From: a virus
Virus record (IMG/VR): IMGVR_UViG_3300017917_004576
Coordinates: 32,001-96,000 of that record
Length of the DNA stretch: 64,000 nucleotides
Reading direction: 5' to 3' (one strand)
This document shows, piece by piece, positions 10,301-19,300 of this stretch. Under the pieces are notes generated by a model. The model made no database searches and had not been told where the DNA came from. It was given only the letters and a program-made list of their open reading frames with translations. A program made the position numbers and the translations under genes. Every line of letters begins with the position of its first letter. The first letter of the stretch is position 1.

Positions 10301-13300
10301 TAGTGTTGGATATCTTAAAAATGATAGTAGATCAGGATATGTACAAGCAATGAAATATAAAGATAATCTATGGTATGTTGGATTATCAAAAGCTACTAAA
10401 GGATATGGACCAAGATTGTACGATGTGGCTATGGAGGCTGTTACTGAAAAAGGAGCTATGCTAACTTCTGACAGAAGCATGGTTAGCGCGGATGCTCAAA
10501 AGGTTTGGGCTTATTATTTTAAAAATAGAGGAGATGTTAAAAAAACACCATTAGAACCAGAAAATTGGACTAAAAATCAAGCACTAATAGACCCTAAGCT
10601 TTATGGAAGAAGAGAAACATGGCCACCAGCAACCGATCCGGCTTGGATACTACAGAGCGGCTATAGTAAGAGCCCTACCTTGCTTAATGATCCAGAACAA
10701 GTAAAAAGAAATAATAATAAAGCAAAAAAACCTATTGATTCTAGAAGCATGGCTCTATCATATTTTCAAAGAGCCGATGGCGGACCAATAAGCCGTTTTG
10801 CTGATGGTGGTTCTGTTCCGGCCTTAGTAAGTAACGGCGAAGCTTATGTGCCTCCTAAACTTGCTAAACGTATTGGTTACGGAACACTAGATCGTATGAA
10901 TCAAGCTGATAAAAATGGTATGGGGCGATTTAGTGATGGTGGAATTAGCGTATTTAAGGGACCGGGAAGTGGAACTAGCGATAGCATACCCACAAATCTA
11001 CCAGTAGGAAGTTTTATAATAAGAGAAAAGGCCACTAAAGCACTAGGTTTAAATAGTGGTGGTATTGTTGGAATAAGAAGATTTAAAGACGGTGATAAGG
11101 TTTCTTATGGAAGAAAAGACACAACTGGTATTCGGATGCCCATGCCTGATCTTGGATTTCTAAAGACAAGCGCAATATTATTAGTAGATAGCTTTAGAAC
11201 TACAGAACAAATGATAAGTAATAGCTATTCAGCCTGGCAAGAGATAGACAAAGTGGCTCCGATTTTAGCAAAGACTTTAGATAGATATTATAGTACTATC
11301 GATGCAACATTAGATGATGCTAGTTTGATGGTGCAAAGCTACCGTGCAGTAGTCGTGTCTTTGGCTAAACAAGGAAAAACAACGGCAGAAGTTGATGCTA
11401 TAATGACTCATTATATTGATGCTCTAAATAAAGCAATAGATACATATCAAAATCCTGCCCCTATAGAGTCTCCAAAATCAACAACAACATATACAGTTAC
11501 TCCACCACGCCCTCGTCGCAGAAACAGATCTTCTTTATCACCAACCCCACCTCCCGTACCCAAATCTGCCGAGCAAAAACTAGCAGCAGTAGAAAACGAA
11601 GCAATTGCTCAAAGAATAGAGTCAAAAGAAAGAATCAAATCAGAATATGACCCATTATACAGAGCAGCATCGTCCAGAGAAGATAAGCAAGCGATACAAG
11701 ATGAAGCTAGGCTAAAATTTCAAGCTGTTGATGCTACCATACAGGCCAATAAAGCTGCTCAACAACAAATAATACTACAAGAACTATTGGCTCAAAGAGC
11801 TAAAGAAGCTAATCAATCCACAGAAGAATATATATCTGGGTTACAACAAGAAATTGATACTAGATCAATCAATATTATGGAGCAAGATTTTAGCAATGTA
11901 CTAGGACCAGATGTGCCGTCCACACAAGAAGCAAGACAACAAGCACTTAGCGAGACTATTAGATCTAGAGGACTACAAGCATTTGATGTGACTGATCTAG
12001 GACAAGGCACCAATATAAAAGATATAATATCACAAATTTCCGAAACAAAAAATAAGGCCCAGGCTGCTGCCACAGCGAACGATTATTTGGCTTTGAGAGC
12101 AAGACTAGCCGGACAAAGTCTTGAGGAATATTCTCAGTCATTATCTGATCAGGCTTTAAATTTAGCTGAACAATTTAAGAATAATCTTCCTAGAGCTTTA
12201 GATAGTTTTCAAGAACAATTATTTGATGCTAAACAAAGTCTTGAAAATATAAGCGCTAGAGAAGCAAAAGGAGAATATGCTAATCAAGAAGGACAAGAGA
12301 GAAAAGCTATAGATATTTCACAACTAGAAGAAAGTATAGGAGATACTCTTGAAAATATTCTAGGAGAAAATTTTTCTGGAGATGATAGAAATAAAATATT
12401 ACAAGATATTATGGAAAAGCTAAAAAATGCTGATTCAACACAAGCTTTTAATGTTCAAAGTCTTTCCGACGCTATAAAACAAATATCAACCGATGAAGCA
12501 ATAGCTTCAAGAGCAACAGCAACAGTCGCTGCCCAAAATAAAATACAACCAAATCAAATTACAGGAGCTACAGCAGAAGCTCTAAAATCCAGAGGAGAAA
12601 CTCAACAACTATTTAAGGAAATCGATAAAATATCTGCAAAATTTAGTAAATTTGGTTTAGCTATAGGAGCTGCTGGTAGCGTTATAGCTAAATTTATAGA
12701 TGCAACAGAAAGTAGAAGTGCAGCGATGGCAGCGGCAGCAATTTCTGGTGGCACATCCACAGCTTCCACGCTAGCAGTTGGTGTTGGACAAGGTCTTCAA
12801 ACTTTAAAAGATTTATCTGATCCTAAAGGATTATTTGGTAACACTGGTATAGGAAAATTGGCTGGATCAGTATTGCCTGGTCTCAAAGAAGTATTGACCG
12901 GTCCTTTCGGAATAATTGCTGGGGCGGGGATCTCTTTAGCAGCAGCTTTTAAAGATGCTTACAATGCGGCACGAGAATTTGATAAGCAGCTAAATACTAA
13001 AACTGTTGAAAATAGTTTGAGTAAAGTTGGCACAATGTTTGATCAGTTTGGTAAAGATATGAGTCAGAAAGATTTGCTTGGAGATATCAGCAAAGAATTA
13101 AACACTGCTATATCAGCCGCTATGAAAAATATTAATATCGATGCCACTGTACCAAAAATGTTTTGGGTTAATATGATAGATGCTGCTATGGGCGGAAGCG
13201 AAGCTGCTCAACGAAGTATAGTTCTTGAAAAACAAGGAGTTGGTGCTTATTTTAATACTATTATGCCAGGAGGGAATCAGCAGTTGGAATCGTATATGTC

Positions 13301-16300
13301 CGATCTTGCTCCACAATTAGCATCCCAACAATCTGCTTCCCTAAAACCAGCTGCTGAAAACGCATTTAGATTATTTGAGCAACAATTACGAACAGGAAGT
13401 TCGTCAGATGACATAATGGATCAACTTAAAACAGCAGGAGGAGGAGTATCACAATTTGCCACAGCTATTGCTCGTTCTAATCCTATTATAGAAGAACAAA
13501 TTATTAAAACTCAAGCACGAGCAGATATAAGCGATACCGAGAAACAAAAAATTGTTGATAGTATAATTGCTAGAGAAGCAGAAAAACAAACTATACTAAA
13601 TACCACAGCAACTCTTAGACAAATAGAATTTGAAAAATTAAATAAGGGAACAGACTCATTTGTTAATAGTTTGGAAAGAATCTATAGCAATATGGAAATG
13701 AGTATAAATAAGGCTAGTTTCGATATTCAAAAACTATCAGCAAGTGCCGATCTTGCATCAGAAGCTTTGAGTGGAAATGCTAAAGCCGGACAGATTAATT
13801 TAGAAGCTATTAATGTATTACAAAATAGAAGAGCATATTCACCAGAACAACAAAATCAAGCTGTTGACTTAGCTGGATCTTTTTTTGGATCAACTAGTCC
13901 CGCTATATCATCAATACTTAATATTGGAGATAAATTAGAAAGTACTATTTTACAAACCATCAATAGAACACGCGGTGCCGAGCCAGGAGCAACCAACGAA
14001 CGAGTATTGGCCAGTATAAGATCAGCTCTTGATAGACAACTAACCGATTTACAAATACCAGATAGTCTGGTTCCATCCATTAGCAATCAAATAAGGGATG
14101 CTCTCAAAGACATATCAACACAAGGAGATCTAGATACTGTTAATTTTAATGAAATAGCAGAAAAAGTTCCGGCGCTAACCAAACAAATTGATGCTGCTAG
14201 ACGAGCACAAGAAACTGCTGTTAGAGCATTAGAGTTTTATCAATCTCAATTAAATGAGTATGCTAATGCTATGAATAGTATGGTAGAGTTGCAATTTAAT
14301 GCTAGTAAAGATTTTGCTAGAGCATCGGATATTATAAGTAGCTCATCTGATGAATTATCTAAAGCTTTTGGTAGAGAAATTAGCTTGAGAGATACTTTAA
14401 CACAGTCTTTGGGTAAAACACGAAGACAAACAGGAGGAGCAACAGATCCTGTTGATATATCTAGAAATATTACAAATTTAGAAAATTCTAGAAAAATTTT
14501 ACAAGGAGCTTCGGAGACCGCCGCAGCAAAAGGACCAGCTGCTCAAGACGAATTTAAAATCATGCAAGATAGGCTTCGCAATAATAATTTGGCATTACGA
14601 CAAAATTTCGATGCTCTAAAAAATTTAGCAGATAGTAGTGAAATAGCTAGCGCTGCATTAAATAAAATACAAGAAATTCAACAAAGAAGACAGGCCGGTG
14701 CTAATCTTATCGAAAAACTTGTAACATCTAGTCCAGAAGAAATTAATAAACTTAATAGTGCCATAGCTAGATTACAAAATAATATGATGGGAGTTGCTAA
14801 TGTTGGAACCACAAGCGAACAGCGAGGAGAGAGTCTACAAGCATTTAATATGATAGCTCCATTATTAGGAGAAGGAGCTAAACAAAATGAATTAAGAGCT
14901 AATGTGCTAGAAAGTATGTTGCTTGAAAGCGGACAGGGCGTCAACCCAATGTTTGCACAAGTTTTAGATAGTTTACGAAATCCGGAAGGTGATCCGGAGA
15001 TGCAAGAGGCTATTAGCGTCTATAAAGAAGGCGTTAATTTACAAGCTAGTGCAAATTCTAGACTTGGCGAAATTAAACAATTAATGTTGGAAAATACAGC
15101 AGATGCTGCTGCCGAGAAATTAAAAGTTGCTATGCAAGGAGTAAAGTTTACATTTGAAGAAACAGTATTAAGTGATATTAGATCAGAAATTATTAACTTA
15201 AAGAAGTTGGTTGAGAAAAGAGGACCCGCTGCTGCTGGATTAGCAAATGGCGGAATAGTTTATGCTAGTAATGGAAGAATGATTGATTTTCAATCTAAAG
15301 GCACAGATACTGTACCAGCTATGTTAACGCCAGGAGAGTTTGTTGTAAATAGAGCCTCAACAAAACGCAATCTTCCATTATTACAAAGTATAAATAAAAA
15401 TAAGGGAGGTAAAGTTAATTATTTAGCCGATGGTGGGATTGTGCCTGGTTTTGGTTGGTCAAATAGAAAAACAGAAACTGAATTACGAAGAAATAGAACA
15501 GATACCGACCTAGAGACCCAGGATAGATTTATGGTTTTTCAAGACGATAAAGATCCTACATCAAGGAATGATAATTTTAAAGAATATATTATTGGACCAG
15601 CAGTATCATATAAACAAGGACCAATCCCGGAAGAAAAAATTACAGGCGGCGAGTTGAAAAATCTCTCGGTATTGCAAAACAGTACTAGAATACATAATGA
15701 TACTCCTGGTTTTTTTCTCAAGACTATAAAAACCTTTTATTCTGGTAGTTCAGACGAATATGGGCGCACAGCACTCCCGATTGTTTTGAAATCTGACAGC
15801 TCTATATCTGAAGAATTTAGAAGAGGTCTTAAAAATATTACATTATTTCAAAAACCAGAAATAATATCAAAGCAGAAACGCTTGGTCATGCCACAAATTG
15901 AAAAATATAAAGAATATTATTCTAAATTAATTACTAAGCTAGATAATAATATTAATTTTAAAGATATTATCGAAAATACTCCAAAAGACACATCAGATGT
16001 TAGCATTAAATTAAATAATAGTACTCCGTATAATGTTGAGACTACGATAGATAATTTATCTAGTATTTCTAAAGATAAAAAATATTTATTGGATTCTAAT
16101 ATTAATGATTTTGTAAAGGATGCTCTGTATCCTTTATTTACTCCAGGATCCACAGTTCCAGCAGGATGGACAGTTAATAATAAAGACTATTCTAATAGTA
16201 AAGATTTGGCCTCTAAGATCAAACCAGAAATACTTCCAAAAGACTACGATCTGATTGATATTGTTAAAGAAAATTTAGACCGTTTAAAAAGAATAGATAT

Positions 16301-19300
16301 TAATAATCCTAGATTTTTTCAAGAAACACAAGGATCACAAAATAGAAAAGAAAATGTCAGTTTATTAAAAGATTTTTATGACGGTAAACTATTTTCGATA
16401 CAATTGGATGATTCTGTTTTAGATGGGGAAAAAGCTAAAGGTAAATCTTTACCATTAACTTTATATAATATAAATAATGAACAAGATTGGTTAGATAAAA
16501 TTAGAAATTATCAAGATGAATTAGACAAGATTGATCCGGAAATGCTTTCCAAAACCCTTCCTATCAATCCTACTAATTTTATTAGATTAGATGATAAAAT
16601 AAATAGAAGTAGTAAGATTTTTCCATGGACAGGAAAGGATTTTAATAGTATAACTAAAATTGATTCAGAAAACTTTGTAAAAGATTCAAGAGGATCTTTC
16701 TTAAAAAACCAGTATTTCGGACCCATAACAACAGAAAACCAAGGAGACGAAAAATCTGGCTTGATGTTTCCTTATAAAATAGTTTCTAAAGGAACGACAT
16801 ATGATGAGTCTATAAGAGGTTTTGATCGGCCTTTAGAAAAGTACATGGTAATATCTTCTGATACAAAAAATGAAACAGCACCCTTCGCTAATTTAACTAA
16901 ATCACTTTATATTCCCGCTACTAATTGGGATGATTTTATCATAGATCTTAAATCACAAATAGAGGCTAATCAAAAAGATCCGACTACTGGATATGATTTT
17001 AATTATGCTTTTAATCCTGTTAATTCAGATTTAAATAAATATATGTCAGCCCCTGACATTAGACAAGCGCAAGAAAACCATGCTATTGTACCATCAACAG
17101 ACGGTACTTTGAATGTAAATGATATATTTTTTAGAAATCAAGCTTATTCTGATTTTCTAAATAAAAAAGAAGCAGAAGAAGCCCAAAGTAAAGCTATAGA
17201 TAGTGCAAAGAAAAAATTTAGAGTAACACTAGAAGATACAGAAGCTTTTACAAACGCTAAAAAAGTTGGCGTTGCACGAGCACTATTTGATATTGGCAAA
17301 AAGCAACTAGGACTAACATCATCAAAACCAACTAATTTGGATGGTGTTCGCTCTGTTATATCGGAATTGAGTCAGAAAGCAACACAGTTGTCTAAAAACT
17401 TCTCTAAAGCAGCTCCAAATCAAAGAATTACTAATCCACAGTGGTTAATGAATGATGCTTATAGAGCATTTTTTGTAGAATTATATAAAGGACAATACTC
17501 TGGCAAAGACGATGATACTCCTCAATTTTTGAAAGGATTAGGATTGCCAATAGATGATGCTGATTTTGGTCCCGGAGCAAACCCTATCGATGTTCCTGGT
17601 TTTAGAGGCAAAAAAGAGTCACCATATCGAGACTATAATGCAGCCGCTTTAGGTCGAGCTCAAACTGCTATTAAAAATATTATTAATCGAGAAATAGCAA
17701 TGAAAAGCGGAACCGCTTTTGCTGGAAAATTAAGCGATGAAGATAAACAAAAACTTAAAATTAGTAGTTCAGATGCTAGAATCTATAAGGAAGGTAGTGA
17801 TACTTTTTATCAGCCGGGCGAAGATATTGTACCTAAGTCATATCAACAAGTTGCTGAAATTGGATTAAATCCAAGAAATGTATTTCCTACCGAAACTTTT
17901 AGAAGTGATAACTATTTAAATGCTTTACAGGAATTATATAAAACAGGAACGGATCAAAATGGAAATCTTGTATTCAATTATGGAGATCCGTCAGCCTTAA
18001 CAGCAGCTAAAAGTATTGATATATTAAAAAATTGGTATACAAATTATCAGGATAAATATTTAAATTTAGGAGCAGATTTTGCAGAATCTCAAGTATCCTT
18101 ACAGGACGCAGCAACACAAGCAGATCTTAATGCTTACAAAGAATCAACAGCCCAGCCAGCTCATGCTTTTTTGACAGGAAATAAATACGGAGTATTACCC
18201 GATAGTAATCGTTTATTAGATCAAATTCAACTAGAGATCAAGGAACCAATTAAGAGAGCAAGAGGTGGATTAATATATGCCTCGAATGGAACATTGGTAA
18301 ACTTTCAACCAAAAGGAACCGATACTGTTCCTGCTATGCTAACTCCTGGCGAATTTGTTGTAAATAGAGCAGCAACACAGAAAAATTTACCATTATTACA
18401 GAGTATTAACAGCGGTAAATATGCAAATGGAGGTGTTGTATATGCTCAGAATGGAGGCAGTATTAGGTCTCAAAGTTTTTCTTCAGGTGACGATGATAGC
18501 GAGACAATAAATGCTATTTATACTGTGACCAAGGCAACTCTTTCTGGAAATAATAGATTAAATCAATTAATTATTTTGACTAATGATATTATTAAAAATC
18601 TTCAAGCTCTAATAGACACTAATAGTTATCTTATTCCTATTAATAGTAATGTACAAGATCTTACTAGTTATATAAAAACAATAGATTTTTGCTGCAGAGA
18701 TTCTGTATCATCTTCTGAAGATAGACCTAAGGATGTACAGGATTCAGCACCAGAAGGATCAGGAGAACCACCACAGATACCTCGTCCAGTTTGGTTAGAT
18801 GAATTAAATAATATTCCAAAACCATCTTGGCTGCCTATTAATATGGAGCCTAATTATCCAGAGTGGTTGCCTATTATAATAGATAGACCAATTTGGCTCG
18901 ATGAGCTAACCAATTTAAATAAAACCATCACAATAGAGCCAAGTTTTGAGATTCCTATTCCATTAGAAAAATTTGGTTGTTGTAAAGATGAAACTGGTCA
19001 ATCCATAACCCCATTACCTAGATATCCAGAAGATCCTAATCAACCTATTACTCCATTACCAACAGTTAAGCCACCCATCTTTGCGGAGTCTTCGTATCAG
19101 CCTGGAGAAAAACAATTATCTGCTAAAGATTTTCCATATGATATAGATGTTCCGAAACAAATAGACATCGCTCCTGCTATGCCGTCCAGAAATAGTAGGA
19201 TGGACGATGTTGACGAAAGACTAGGCGTTAATACGCCAGAACAAAGTAGAAGATATTGGGCAGAAGAAGAACGGGCAGTAGATGACCGTAAAAGAGTAAG

